Made by a program: the position numbers and the translations under genes. Below the pieces are notes generated by a model. It was not told where the DNA came from. It did no database searches and saw nothing but the letters and a program-made list of their open reading frames with translations. From positions 4,769-68,768 of the forward strand of contig CAYIBX010000003.1 in NCBI GenBank assembly GCA_964361785.1: a stretch of DNA of 64,000 bases. Direction: 5' to 3'. This document shows positions 35,664 to 45,705 of this stretch, piece by piece. The DNA is from an uncultured Gammaproteobacteria bacterium (GTDB lineage Bacteria > Patescibacteriota > Microgenomatia > UBA10105 > UBA927). Each line of letters starts with the position of its first letter. Positions within the stretch are counted from its first letter, which is position 1.

Positions 35664-36221
35664 CTATTCTTGTTCTGTGGGTGGTGGTATCAATGAATAT
35701 CCTGTTGAGTAGGCGGAAAGAAAGTAATCCTTAGTTGTAATTGGAAAATACCAACGCTCATAAATAATTTGTGAGGCGGGGTTTGCAAGAACCGCCACTC
35801 CCCGTGTAAGATTTACAAAGAGATTAAACCCAAGGGGCGAATAAGGACCATAAAGCACCAAGTCCGGTTTTTGAAAATTTTCATACACTTCCGAAAAAGG
35901 CGCGTTTGGCAATACGGGCTCAATAATTAAAGAAACAACCCCATCTTTATTCAAATATACGGAAACGCTTCTTTCTTTATCTAATGACGGATACTCATAT
36001 ATTAATGAACCACCAATTGTCGTCTCCTTAATTGGTTTTTCAAAAAAATCTTCAACAATAGATTTTAGCGTTTTCCCCGGAACAAGTGAGCGATAAGAAG
36101 ATTGTTGAATTGATAAGGGGGGTTGTTGGGTTTTTGGTGTTGTGCTGCGGGAAACGAAAAACCAAACCCCCAAAAGAATTGCAATTATTACAACAATAAC
36201 TATTTTTAGTTTTATTGGCAT
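35664..36221 (-). CDS. Hypothetical membrane-anchored protein
   Basis: N-terminal TM; overlaps upstream 730-aa gene. Confidence 0.65.
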   Translation of the reverse strand: MPIKLKIVIVVIIAILLGVWFFVSRSTTPKTQQPPLSIQQSSYRSLVPGKTLKSIVEDFFEKPIKETTIGGSLIYEYPSLDKERSVSVYLNKDGVVSLIIEPVLPNAPFSEVYENFQKPDLVLYGPYSPLGFNLFVNLTRGVAVLANPASQIIYERWYFPITTKDYFLSAYSTGYSLIPPPTEQE

Positions 36222-38404
36222 GTTGAAAACATATTTTGCATAAAAGAATATCCCTTTTCACATTTTTGTTTAAGAAGTGGGTCGCCAATCATATACATGC
36301 CCGCCGCCTCAGCAAAAGTTTCTGATGGCCACTCGATCCATCCATAAGTTCCAAGAGGACCACAATAGCCTTTAGCAAGATAAGAATTATAAATATTTAT
36401 CTTACTATATTGTATTTGATGTGCTAATTCATGCGCAATAAGACGGGCCAGAGATCGGGTAGAGGATGCAGAAAAGGCGCCATCATAGAAAAAAATATAC
36501 CCAGGCTTAGCACTGGGCGCCCACGCCCAATACCCGCTTGAGCTCGTTGTATTAAAAGCCGTGAAGTTAACGGCGTTGGCAGGACACTCAAGAATGCACG
36601 AATAAAGCCCAATTTGGGGGTACGCTTTAAGTGCTGTGTTCATTTTGTCTTGTTGCGAAGAGTTAAATTGATATGATTTTTTGTTGTCTGGGGCGCTGGT
36701 TCCAGCGCCATATTGTATACACGCATTCGGGCTTTGTTTGATGGGACCAAAATCAGGAACAGGAAAATTTCTATTATCTTCATGAAAATCTTCGCCCTTA
36801 GATTGTAGAGACGCTAACAACGCGCTCATTTTTTGCATGATTGAGAGATGAGGGATATTTAAAAATGTCGGAAAGACAAAAAGAATAACAATAGTTGCAA
36901 TGACCACAAGCGAAAGAAGGAGTGGTAAATCTTCTGAAAGAGGGGTAGGGACAGCGGCAGCACGACGGGATGCGTGAAGTTGTCTTGAAATTGACGGGCC
37001 GGCAAACGCAAATCCGACGAACCGATCAAAAGCGCTCGCGAGAGCATCCCCTCCTAACGATCCGAGCTTATACAGCCCTACAGAAGGAAGCCACCCTCGT
37101 TGGATCGTGCTTTTTTTGAAAGACATCGCGTATTGGGAACGCATCGACTCAATGTGCCACGGCATGATATTTGGTCCTAAAAAAGAAAATCCTTTTGGGG
37201 CATTGCTACTGGCTCTCGCTAGTTCAAAATAATCAAATAATTTTTCTTTTGTTCCTTGGTTTGTCGCTATATTGAGTGGGCCGCGAAACACTGCGCCAAA
37301 CACGTCACCAAAAATGGCGGTTGACTGCGACATTGTGGGTTTTTCGTTGGCCCCCTTGAGGATATTCTGGGTGACGAATCCAAAGACAGAAGAGTGAATA
37401 AATTTTTCACCCAACCTATCTGATAACTGATTAACCCCCGTTATGACCGAACGAAGCGTGCCATTAATTTTTTCCTTAAGAAGCATTTCTCGCAGTGGTT
37501 CCCCAACGAGAGAGAGGATGCTGTCGGCCGCTTGTTGCGCCCCCTTTATCGCGCCCCTTGTGTTCGAGTTTGAAAAAAACGGCCCCCTTGTCGTGAGCGG
37601 TTTTGTTCCAAGCGAGGCAACAGCCTCTGCGGTTTGTGCTAGTTTTACGGCGCGTACAGAGACGTCAGAGAGTAAAGCGTTTTCACCTGCATGCAAAAAT
37701 ACGTCTGCCACCACGTCAGGGCGGGAAAGGTCGGCGTGGGTGAAAAGGGTGGCAAGCGCCTCGCGCTCCATGTTTGTTTCTCTCCACGACCCCAAAACGG
37801 TACTGGTGGCATCTTTAGATATGGTTGACCCGATTATTTTTTCAAACGCTGGGTCAGAAATTCCAAGTCCTGCTGTGAGGCCTTTGACGAATTTTTGTTG
37901 TGCCTCTTGGGAAGATGGTTCTCTCGATGAGAGAGACAACGCGGCATCAACAGCGGTGTCCATTTTTGTTTCAGGAATTATGCTGCTTGTGCGAATGCTG
38001 TATTGAGAAACAAGTGCGTGTATGAACTCTCTCCGTGTTTGTTTTTGGTGTATAGCCCTTGTCTTTGTTTCTTTGCGTATGGTTTCAAATGCAAAATGTT
38101 CAAGTTCTGCCGCATTGCGCGTTTGTTTCTCGTCGCGTAAAACGTCTGGGGCTTGTGAAGAAAATGCGGGTAACTCCAGCAGGCGACTTTTGGTTTGGCT
38201 AAAAATTGAAAGAAGAGTGGCTTTTAATGATTCGTCGCTTTCAGCTGTCGCGCTGGATAAGTCTTGCGCGTGTTGGGAAAGAAGCGCGCGCATGTATTCG
38301 TATTGAGACGACGCGACTATCGCTTCTTCTGTCGTTATTGCTCCAGACTGTAAGTCGTCAAGGATGTTGTCTATAAATTCGCCTAATTGTTGTTTGTTTG
38401 CCAT
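36212..38404 (-). CDS. Large membrane protein with C-terminal HEXXH metallopeptidase-like domain
   Basis: Helical N-terminus, TM, then LIAHELAH...ETFAE. Confidence 0.7.
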   Translation of the reverse strand: MANKQQLGEFIDNILDDLQSGAITTEEAIVASSQYEYMRALLSQHAQDLSSATAESDESLKATLLSIFSQTKSRLLELPAFSSQAPDVLRDEKQTRNAAELEHFAFETIRKETKTRAIHQKQTRREFIHALVSQYSIRTSSIIPETKMDTAVDAALSLSSREPSSQEAQQKFVKGLTAGLGISDPAFEKIIGSTISKDATSTVLGSWRETNMEREALATLFTHADLSRPDVVADVFLHAGENALLSDVSVRAVKLAQTAEAVASLGTKPLTTRGPFFSNSNTRGAIKGAQQAADSILSLVGEPLREMLLKEKINGTLRSVITGVNQLSDRLGEKFIHSSVFGFVTQNILKGANEKPTMSQSTAIFGDVFGAVFRGPLNIATNQGTKEKLFDYFELARASSNAPKGFSFLGPNIMPWHIESMRSQYAMSFKKSTIQRGWLPSVGLYKLGSLGGDALASAFDRFVGFAFAGPSISRQLHASRRAAAVPTPLSEDLPLLLSLVVIATIVILFVFPTFLNIPHLSIMQKMSALLASLQSKGEDFHEDNRNFPVPDFGPIKQSPNACIQYGAGTSAPDNKKSYQFNSSQQDKMNTALKAYPQIGLYSCILECPANAVNFTAFNTTSSSGYWAWAPSAKPGYIFFYDGAFSASSTRSLARLIAHELAHQIQYSKINIYNSYLAKGYCGPLGTYGWIEWPSETFAEAAGMYMIGDPLLKQKCEKGYSFMQNMFSTCQ

Positions 38405-38411
38405 ACATTAG

Positions 38412-40283
38412 TTATGTGACGGTTTCGACGGTAAACACTGGGCGATTGGTTGATGGGGGCGCGGGCACAGCAGGCGCTTGTGGTTCTAGTTTTTTCACTG
38501 CGTCTTGTGGTTTGGTGGTGGCCAGCGCGTGTTCTTCTGGGCTTGCCACCACTCTCATGGCAGCATGTGCGGGACCAGCAAAAAACAATCCTTGTCCAAC
38601 GTCTGACGAGAGGAGAAGATGTTTTTCTCCTTCGGACAAGAAAAACACGTCTGCTATTTTTTCTATCGCCGCGGTTGATTGCTTTAGGAGTATCTGCATG
38701 CTGCTGTTTTGGATGATCGCGGTGCCCATGTCTGTGCCCAAGAAATCTTCGACATCTTGTGTAATTGTGGTCATCCCAAGAAAGTATTTGCGCGCGCGCT
38801 TAGCGATGCTATAGAGAAACGTAGCCGAGTCTTGATACTTCATAAGATACCACGCCTCGTCTACGATAAGAAGCCGACGTCTCTTATCGTGTCTAATTTT
38901 GTTCCAGATAAAGTCCAAGATGAGAAACATGGCAATGGGCCGTAATTCGTCTTCAAGATCGCGTATAGAGAAGACAGTAAGCTGATTGCGTATAGCGACA
39001 TTTGTTTGCTGATCAAAGATGCCCACTAAACTTCCTCGGACAAATTTTTCTATGCGGTCAGCTAACCCCTTGGCGAGGGCTTCTTCCATGCCAACGAGCG
39101 TTTTATATAGGTCTTCCATCAGCGGCGGCTCCTTACTGTGGGTTTCAGGATCAGGAGTAATGCCTTTTTGTTTATAGGTTAAAATGAGCGCGCGATCCAA
39201 AAGCGCATCTTCAGAGGGCGTTAATTTTCCCATAACGACACGGAAGAATCCGTGAAGTGATAGTATTTTTTGGCTCAGTTCCCCAGCGTTTGCGTCTTGC
39301 CCCGCAAGAAGCGCTAAATCAAACGGATTTATTTTTGTTTCCGATCCGAAACGGAAGCGCACATACTCGCCGCCCATCGCAAAGGTAAGCGCTTCGTATT
39401 CATTTTCAGGATCAAGAATTATAACTTCCGTGTCAAACATCATTGATCGCATGATTTCAAGCTTAATCATAAAACTTTTACCGCTACCAGACTTACCAAA
39501 AACAACCGCGTTTGCATTCTCTAAAGTGAAGCGATCAAAGATAATTAACGAATCATTGTGCTCGTTTAGCCCATATAATATTCCTTCGTTGGCGGTAAGT
39601 TCTGAAGTGGTAAACGGAAAAGTTGTAGCGAGTGACGTTGTGTCCATGTTTCGTGTGACCATGAGCCTATCTTTACCCATAGGGAGGGTTGTTTTAAATC
39701 CCTCTTCCATCTGAAGTACCGCCTTTTTAGTGACGATAAGAAGTGATCCCAAAGTTGCCTCTACTTGGTTGGTGGTTTTATCAAGGTCTTCTTTAGATTT
39801 TGCCGGTATCGTGACGTAGAGTGCAAATTGGAAAAATCGTTCTGACCCCTTTGCTAATTCTTGTTGAAGCCCCAAGGCATCTTCAAGCGCCACCTGAATG
39901 GAAGGCTCTATCACGCGACCGCGTTTAAGATCTGATTGTATGGTGGCTTCCATTTCTCCCACCTTGCGTTTTAAACTTTCAAGCACTTCTTCTGATCGAG
40001 TGGGGTAGATGTACATAGAAATGTTTAGCGTATGGTTAAATGATATAAGAGGCTCTAACCAATTAGCAGAAACAAATCGAGGATAGCCAGCAGTAAACAG
40101 TGTTCTGTAGTGCCAATCGCCTATCGTTACATCGTTGAAATCTACCTCAATTGCCGGAGGAGATATGACGTCCAAGATGGAGATTGATTCCTCAGTAGTA
40201 GCAGTGGTGACTGAAATTTTATTGCCAGCTTGGGTTTTTGTAAATGTACCAAGAAGTGATGATAAAAGCGTGTTATTTGACAT
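38412..40283 (-). CDS. VirB4/TraC-like ATPase
   Basis: FDRF..ENAN, GKSGSGKS, DPENEY, INPFD, VDEAW, RARKY, ITQDVEDF. Confidence 0.9.
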   Translation of the reverse strand: MSNNTLLSSLLGTFTKTQAGNKISVTTATTEESISILDVISPPAIEVDFNDVTIGDWHYRTLFTAGYPRFVSANWLEPLISFNHTLNISMYIYPTRSEEVLESLKRKVGEMEATIQSDLKRGRVIEPSIQVALEDALGLQQELAKGSERFFQFALYVTIPAKSKEDLDKTTNQVEATLGSLLIVTKKAVLQMEEGFKTTLPMGKDRLMVTRNMDTTSLATTFPFTTSELTANEGILYGLNEHNDSLIIFDRFTLENANAVVFGKSGSGKSFMIKLEIMRSMMFDTEVIILDPENEYEALTFAMGGEYVRFRFGSETKINPFDLALLAGQDANAGELSQKILSLHGFFRVVMGKLTPSEDALLDRALILTYKQKGITPDPETHSKEPPLMEDLYKTLVGMEEALAKGLADRIEKFVRGSLVGIFDQQTNVAIRNQLTVFSIRDLEDELRPIAMFLILDFIWNKIRHDKRRRLLIVDEAWYLMKYQDSATFLYSIAKRARKYFLGMTTITQDVEDFLGTDMGTAIIQNSSMQILLKQSTAAIEKIADVFFLSEGEKHLLLSSDVGQGLFFAGPAHAAMRVVASPEEHALATTKPQDAVKKLEPQAPAVPAPPSTNRPVFTVETVT

Positions 40284-40938
40284 GTGTCTCCTTTTTGATA
40301 ATAAGACGTGATATGTCAGGCGGGGGAGACCCAGCGTTGTATGCAGAAAAGTAGAGCTTGATAAGTTGTTCGGTAGAAAGCTGTGAGGCGCGAAGCCCCA
40401 CACGCGTTAAAAGTCGCACCAAATGATCCTTTTTGGGAATAAGTACTATTTCTGCGCGATCTAAGATGTATTTTTTTTCAAACGGAAGACCTGATTTTTT
40501 TGTATTAAAAAGCGCTGACGCAGAAATTCCAAGTTCCACAGCAGTAAACGGGAGGACGATATAAAATTTTTTATCTAGCACCACCTTTTCTTTGACCATT
40601 GAAGCCACGAATGAACGATAACTATGAATGCTTTTTTGAAGCTTTGGATTTTTTTGAGTTTTTTCTTTTTCTTCAAGAAGCCCTAAGTATGCAGATATGT
40701 CTTTGTGTATGGTTTGGATAATAAGCTGTATGGGAAACGAAAGCGAATTTAAGAGTCCAGCGTAAGAATAGATGATTGCATCTTGCTCCTTTTCTGATAA
40801 TAACCCAAAATTTACGGCAGTTGTTGCTATGACTAGCGCCACTGATCCGTCAGAAAAAAGGATGAGGTCGCGATCCACGTCAGCAATCTCGGTGAAAAGT
40901 TGTGTGGAGGAACGGATGGGTGAGATTGGGTTTGTCAT
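40273..40938 (-). CDS. VirB4-associated (TraC N-terminal-like) protein
   Basis: VNFGLLSEKEQDAII..Y..LLNSL.FPIQ; overlaps virB4-like gene. Confidence 0.7.
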   Translation of the reverse strand: MTNPISPIRSSTQLFTEIADVDRDLILFSDGSVALVIATTAVNFGLLSEKEQDAIIYSYAGLLNSLSFPIQLIIQTIHKDISAYLGLLEEKEKTQKNPKLQKSIHSYRSFVASMVKEKVVLDKKFYIVLPFTAVELGISASALFNTKKSGLPFEKKYILDRAEIVLIPKKDHLVRLLTRVGLRASQLSTEQLIKLYFSAYNAGSPPPDISRLIIKKETHVK

Positions 40939-40941
40939 ACG

Positions 40942-42189
40942 TTACATTGGTGGTTTACCAAAAATGTCTTGCGCGATTTTATCGCGCGTTACCTGTTTTT
41001 GACTTTTGGCAATTATTTCTAATGCTGGTACTACAGACCCGTTTAGCGTTACCTGCGCGCGATCAAAGGTAAAGCGCCCTCGTGGATCTTCAATTTCTAT
41101 GACATAGACGCCATTTGGTAGTGGTGTGGATGCCGCAAGTTGTCCTAATTTGTTGGTTTTTAACGCTCGCATAGGGATGCCGTCGGCGTTTGTAACCGTA
41201 ATAAGAATGGCAGGAAGAAATCCTCCCGCACCGTCTTTTACGATACCCGTAATGACGTTTGGAACACTGGTAAATCGCGGGATGCCAGCTCGCACCCCCG
41301 CATCTATGGAACTGAAAGGGCGCACAGTAGGCGCGCTGTTTGTGATTGATGCGACAAGGTCTTTTTCTTCTGCATTGGTGGCTTTTTTTGTGGAGGACGT
41401 GTTTTCAATTTGTCTTTTGAGACGGATAAGCTCGTCGTCTGTGTGCGTTTTTTCTTTGAGCACATTGGTCAACTGCGCTTGTAATTCAAGCACACGATCA
41501 TCCGTGACGTTTTTTGTGGAAAGCTGGTTGCGAAGTGCGGCGACTGCCGCTTCTAATTCTTGTATGTGATGGGTGTCTACAGGAGCCTGTGCGGGCCCAG
41601 CCAGGGGCTGGTCAGCCTTTGGCTGAGGTTCAGGTGGTTTTACCCCTGTGACAGACCTCGTCGTTGGCGTTACCCCTTGTGACGGATGAGAAGGGGTCGT
41701 AAAAAATCCCAATACCTGATCGATAAAGGATGTTGGTTTATGTGAGGAGATGATTTTTGGCGTTGCCGTGAGCGATGGTGGCGCATAAATATGTGAGACT
41801 GATGGTTGTGTGGGCGACACGAGAACTGTAACCCCTTGTGTTCCTTGTGGAGGCGTTGTAGGCGGCATTTTTGATATTTTTGGAGCTGCGATAATCGGTG
41901 CGTGACCCTTTTGCCAAATATATTGCGTCGGACTATAAATACTTTTGAAAAAAGAAAATACCCAGACATCCATAGGTCGTTCTTCTATAGGAACAAACGC
42001 AAATCCTACACCGAGTAAGGCAAATCCGGCAGCAAGAGGCCATGTGAAGAAAAAAGGCAAGGGCAACTTGTATGAAATAATTGCCAAGACGCCCCCAGCA
42101 CACAAGTACCCAAATTGCTTTAAGGTCATGTCGCCGACTAAGCGAAATTGAAATGTGGTAACGTTTTGAGGAACTGGATGTTGCTCCAT
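40942..42189 (-). CDS. PrgI-family protein with C-terminal beta-sandwich domain
   Basis: HPVPQNV...FRLVGDMTLKQF + 2 TM + ERPMD. Confidence 0.8.
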   Translation of the reverse strand: MEQHPVPQNVTTFQFRLVGDMTLKQFGYLCAGGVLAIISYKLPLPFFFTWPLAAGFALLGVGFAFVPIEERPMDVWVFSFFKSIYSPTQYIWQKGHAPIIAAPKISKMPPTTPPQGTQGVTVLVSPTQPSVSHIYAPPSLTATPKIISSHKPTSFIDQVLGFFTTPSHPSQGVTPTTRSVTGVKPPEPQPKADQPLAGPAQAPVDTHHIQELEAAVAALRNQLSTKNVTDDRVLELQAQLTNVLKEKTHTDDELIRLKRQIENTSSTKKATNAEEKDLVASITNSAPTVRPFSSIDAGVRAGIPRFTSVPNVITGIVKDGAGGFLPAILITVTNADGIPMRALKTNKLGQLAASTPLPNGVYVIEIEDPRGRFTFDRAQVTLNGSVVPALEIIAKSQKQVTRDKIAQDIFGKPPM

Positions 42190-42313
42190 ATAACCATTGT
42201 AGGAATGGATGTGACATGTGACAAGGGGCACAAAGCGCATCAGGACCGTGAAAACTCGTATTTTAATGTTTCACGAACACGGAGAATTTTTTCACGTATG
42301 ATAAGATAGATGC

Positions 42314-44488
42314 ATGGAAAAGGGTAATGTTTTGTTGGAAGTTACAAATAGTCGTGACAGCGAAGAAAAACCCCTTGCGATGGAACAGGTGTTTGCAGCA
42401 CTAGGCGGAAAATCCCACATTGGTTTTATAGAATGGCTGATGGGGAAACGTGAACACCATGAATTTATTAGTTTTGAAATCGTTGCAGTAAACAGCCAAG
42501 TTCATTTTTTTGTGGGCGTATCTTTAGAGAAACGCTCGTATATTGAGAGTCAACTTACTGCTCAATATCCAAGAGTAATGTTGACGCCTGTTTCAGATTA
42601 TGCCCAAGCATTTTTTTCGTTGCCCCACGCGACAGGAACTATTGTTTTGTCCAACAGTTTCTACTACCCACTAAAAACGTACAAAGATTTAAAAGACGTG
42701 GATATATTAGCAAGTGTTTTAGGGCAAATCGCAAAATTACCAAAACAGCAAGCAGTTGCTTTGCAGTTATGCATTACGCCCGCTGGAAACAGCTGGCAAC
42801 GGAAGGGAGCAAGCGTGATTGCGGCGGGTGTTCCCGATGCATCATCAACCACGGGACGAACAAAAACTCATCCGCACAGTCGCATTATCGAACAAAAACT
42901 TTCCCAAGTCGGGTTTCTTTCCGCGTTTCGTGTTGTAAGCGTTGGACAAACAGAGACTCAAGCAGACGGGCTGCTTTCAAGTATCGCGGGGACGCTCGGT
43001 GTATATACGCTGGGCGAAGGAAATGCGCTTGTCATTACCAAGCATGCGTTTTGGCAAAAGAAGGCATTTATGAACGGGTTCATTAAGAGAAATGGTCAGG
43101 GTGCTCTAAAGGGTCAAATATTGGGCAACGCAGAATTAGCTTCCGTTTGGCATCCGCCAGGATTAGGACTCTCGATGATAAAAAATATACAATGGGGTGT
43201 GCGCCTTTTGGGTGAACCCCCCGCAAATCTTCCGATTGCTACTGATGATGAGGAGCAACGAAAACATATTAATTTTTTTGCGCGCACAGAATTCAAAAAT
43301 ACGATAACCACGTTTGGTGTTGAGCGGACGGATAGAAGAAAGCATCTCTATATAATCGGAAAAACAGGGACAGGGAAGTCAACCCTCATTGCAAATATGG
43401 CGATTAACGACATGAAAAATGGTGAAGGGGTGGCAGTCATTGATCCGCATGGAGATCTTACAGATATTTTGTTAACATACGTGCCATCACACCGCATTAA
43501 TGATGTCGCATATTTAGACCCTGCTGATATTGAGCACCCGTTTCACTTAAATCCTTTGGAGGTAAAAAATCCAGCATATAGAGATTTGGTGGCATCAGGC
43601 ATAGTCTCGATATTTTATAAGCTGTATCACATGAGTTGGGGGCCCCGCCTTGAATATATTTTACGTAATACTATCTTGACGCTCACACACGTTCCCGACT
43701 CTACATTTTTAGATATTCCGGAACTTCTCACGAATGAAAAATTTCGTATGAAGGTCATAGAAAATCTTGATGACAAAGTGCTCAAGAGTTTTTGGGTAAA
43801 TGAGTTTAATAAATTATCACCTCAACTTCGCAGCGAATCCATCTCACCAATTTTAAATAAAGTGGGGCAATTTTTGTCGTCGCAAACTATACGAAATATT
43901 GTCGGCAAACCGCATTCAACAATTGATCTTGAGAACATGATGAATGAAGGGAAAATTATTCTCGTCAATTTGTCTCAAGGAAAGCTCGGAGAAGATACCA
44001 GCGCCCTTTTGGGAGCCATGCTTATCACTAAAATTCAGTTAGCCGCGATGAATAGAGTGTACATTGAAGAAGAAAGGCGGAGAGATTTTTATTTGTATGT
44101 CGATGAATTTCAAAATTTTGCGACGCAATCATTTATCAAAATTTTATCAGAAGCCAGAAAGTATCGCCTAGATTTAACACTTGCCAATCAGTATGTGGGA
44201 CAAATAGATGAGGAGGTGCAAAAAGCAATTTTTGGCAATGCAGGCTCACTCATTTCATTTTCTGTGGGAGCGGCAGATAGTAGGTTATTATCTCGCGAAT
44301 TTGGAGAACGGTATAAAGAGGATGAATTAGTGTCTCTTGGCAATTATCAGATTGTATTAAAGCTCTCCATTGACAATCAAACATCACCGCCGTTTTCAGC
44401 GACGACCCTGCCGCTTCCGCGATCTGTCAACCAAAACAGAGAGAAAGTAGTGAGGGGCTCTCGCGAGAGGTATACAAAAATGCTTTAG
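42314..44488 (+). CDS. VirD4/TraD-like coupling ATPase
   Basis: DRRKHLYIIGKTGTGKS, IDPHGD, YVDEFQNF, SEARKY, LANQY. Confidence 0.88.
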   Translation: MEKGNVLLEVTNSRDSEEKPLAMEQVFAALGGKSHIGFIEWLMGKREHHEFISFEIVAVNSQVHFFVGVSLEKRSYIESQLTAQYPRVMLTPVSDYAQAFFSLPHATGTIVLSNSFYYPLKTYKDLKDVDILASVLGQIAKLPKQQAVALQLCITPAGNSWQRKGASVIAAGVPDASSTTGRTKTHPHSRIIEQKLSQVGFLSAFRVVSVGQTETQADGLLSSIAGTLGVYTLGEGNALVITKHAFWQKKAFMNGFIKRNGQGALKGQILGNAELASVWHPPGLGLSMIKNIQWGVRLLGEPPANLPIATDDEEQRKHINFFARTEFKNTITTFGVERTDRRKHLYIIGKTGTGKSTLIANMAINDMKNGEGVAVIDPHGDLTDILLTYVPSHRINDVAYLDPADIEHPFHLNPLEVKNPAYRDLVASGIVSIFYKLYHMSWGPRLEYILRNTILTLTHVPDSTFLDIPELLTNEKFRMKVIENLDDKVLKSFWVNEFNKLSPQLRSESISPILNKVGQFLSSQTIRNIVGKPHSTIDLENMMNEGKIILVNLSQGKLGEDTSALLGAMLITKIQLAAMNRVYIEEERRRDFYLYVDEFQNFATQSFIKILSEARKYRLDLTLANQYVGQIDEEVQKAIFGNAGSLISFSVGAADSRLLSREFGERYKEDELVSLGNYQIVLKLSIDNQTSPPFSATTLPLPRSVNQNREKVVRGSRERYTKML

Positions 44489-44751
44489 TACACCTGATTA
44501 TGCGTTCCGATGTCATAGAATATGACAATATCAGAGCGGTCGCGCTCAAAAATGATGCGTATATCTCCTGTAACAGAGAATGATCACAAATCCCCCTTTG
44601 TTCCTTTAAGGTGATGAACACGAAGCAACGGGTGGCTGGCGTTGTTGAGGAAGAGCTGGATACGACGGTTGACGCGCTTAGAAAGTTGTGAGTCGTGCTG
44701 GATTCTTTGGCGATAGGCCTTGCGGTACCGCGGGTGCAGATGAATAATCAT
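44485..44751 (-). pseudogene. RelE/YafQ-family toxin with in-frame TGA at codon 56
   Basis: MIIHLHPRYRKAY...HHLKGTKGDL*SFSVTGDIRIIF...DIGTHNQVY; ATGA overlap with antitoxin. Confidence 0.8.
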
Positions 44752-45032
44752 GTATTAAGATAGCGCATCATGTCTTTTACGTTGGTAAATTCCTTCGTTT
44801 TTACTTTTTTGGACTTAATTTCATCAATCATTTTGTTATAGCGATGGATCGCGCGTGTAGAAAGTTGAATTTTTGGAGGCTCAAACGTCACGCGGTGTAT
44901 TCCCGTTGCCATGCCAGAGAGAAACACCCTCACCGCTTCTTGTAAAGAAGAAAAACCTTGAGAGCGAACTGCGATAGTCGCGTCGTCACGCAATTTTCTA
45001 TTCATAGGAACCTGAAGGATTGTGTTGTTCAT
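44748..45032 (-). CDS. RelB/DinJ-like antitoxin
   Basis: ILQVPM..LRD.A...GFSSLQEAVRVFL RHH-like N-terminus; F.NVKDMM.YL C-terminus. Confidence 0.75.
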   Translation of the reverse strand: MNNTILQVPMNRKLRDDATIAVRSQGFSSLQEAVRVFLSGMATGIHRVTFEPPKIQLSTRAIHRYNKMIDEIKSKKVKTKEFTNVKDMMRYLNT

Positions 45033-45097
45033 ATAATATAATTATAACAGTTTGGTAGTGGATGTCAACGCAGTGGAATTGGTATAATACGTTTTGT

Positions 45098-45661
45098 ATG
45101 AACATCGTATTGTTTGGGGGCGCGTTTAACCCGCCGCATTTAGGGCATCTTCAGATAGCACAACAAGTGTTGGATTTTACTCCCACTGACCAGGTGTGGC
45201 TTCTTTCCAATTACGGACAAATACCACCCAAAACGGATATGGCATCAGCCAGTGATCGTCTCGCTATGACAAAAATGCTTGAGACGAAACGGATAAAAAT
45301 ATGTGATCTTGAGATTGTGCACAAACTCTCTGGAGACACGATTGAGCTTCTTACGTTTTTACCACCAGAGCATGTGTATCACTTTTTAATTGGGAGCGAT
45401 TGGATTTCACGAATGGATGAGTGGGGCGACTGGAGGGCGCTTCTTAATAAATTGCCTTTCTATGTTTTCCCAAGACAAGGATATTCGTATGCGCCATTGC
45501 CAAGTGGAATGACGGTGGTTTCTGATCCGCTTCTTACCGTAACAGATATTTCATCAACCAAAATTAGAGAACGTGTAAAACGAGGATTGCCCATCGATAC
45601 ATTTGTCCCTTTGGGAATAGAGGAGTACATGAAAAAGCATAGATTATATTTACCTCGCTGA
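45098..45661 (+). CDS. nadD: Nicotinate-nucleotide adenylyltransferase
   Basis: LFGGAFNPPHLGH, FLIGSD, ISSTKIRE. Confidence 0.9.
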   Translation: MNIVLFGGAFNPPHLGHLQIAQQVLDFTPTDQVWLLSNYGQIPPKTDMASASDRLAMTKMLETKRIKICDLEIVHKLSGDTIELLTFLPPEHVYHFLIGSDWISRMDEWGDWRALLNKLPFYVFPRQGYSYAPLPSGMTVVSDPLLTVTDISSTKIRERVKRGLPIDTFVPLGIEEYMKKHRLYLPR

Positions 45662-45705
45662 CACCTCGTCTTGTATGCACTTTCTTTAAAGGATAGAATA
45701 AATAC

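Noticed and set aside
44584-44586. Genome-wide UGA recoding (code 4 or 25)
   Set aside because: TGA ends many clear genes (comM, rplY, HMG-CoA synthase, TrpRS-A), often in ATGA overlaps
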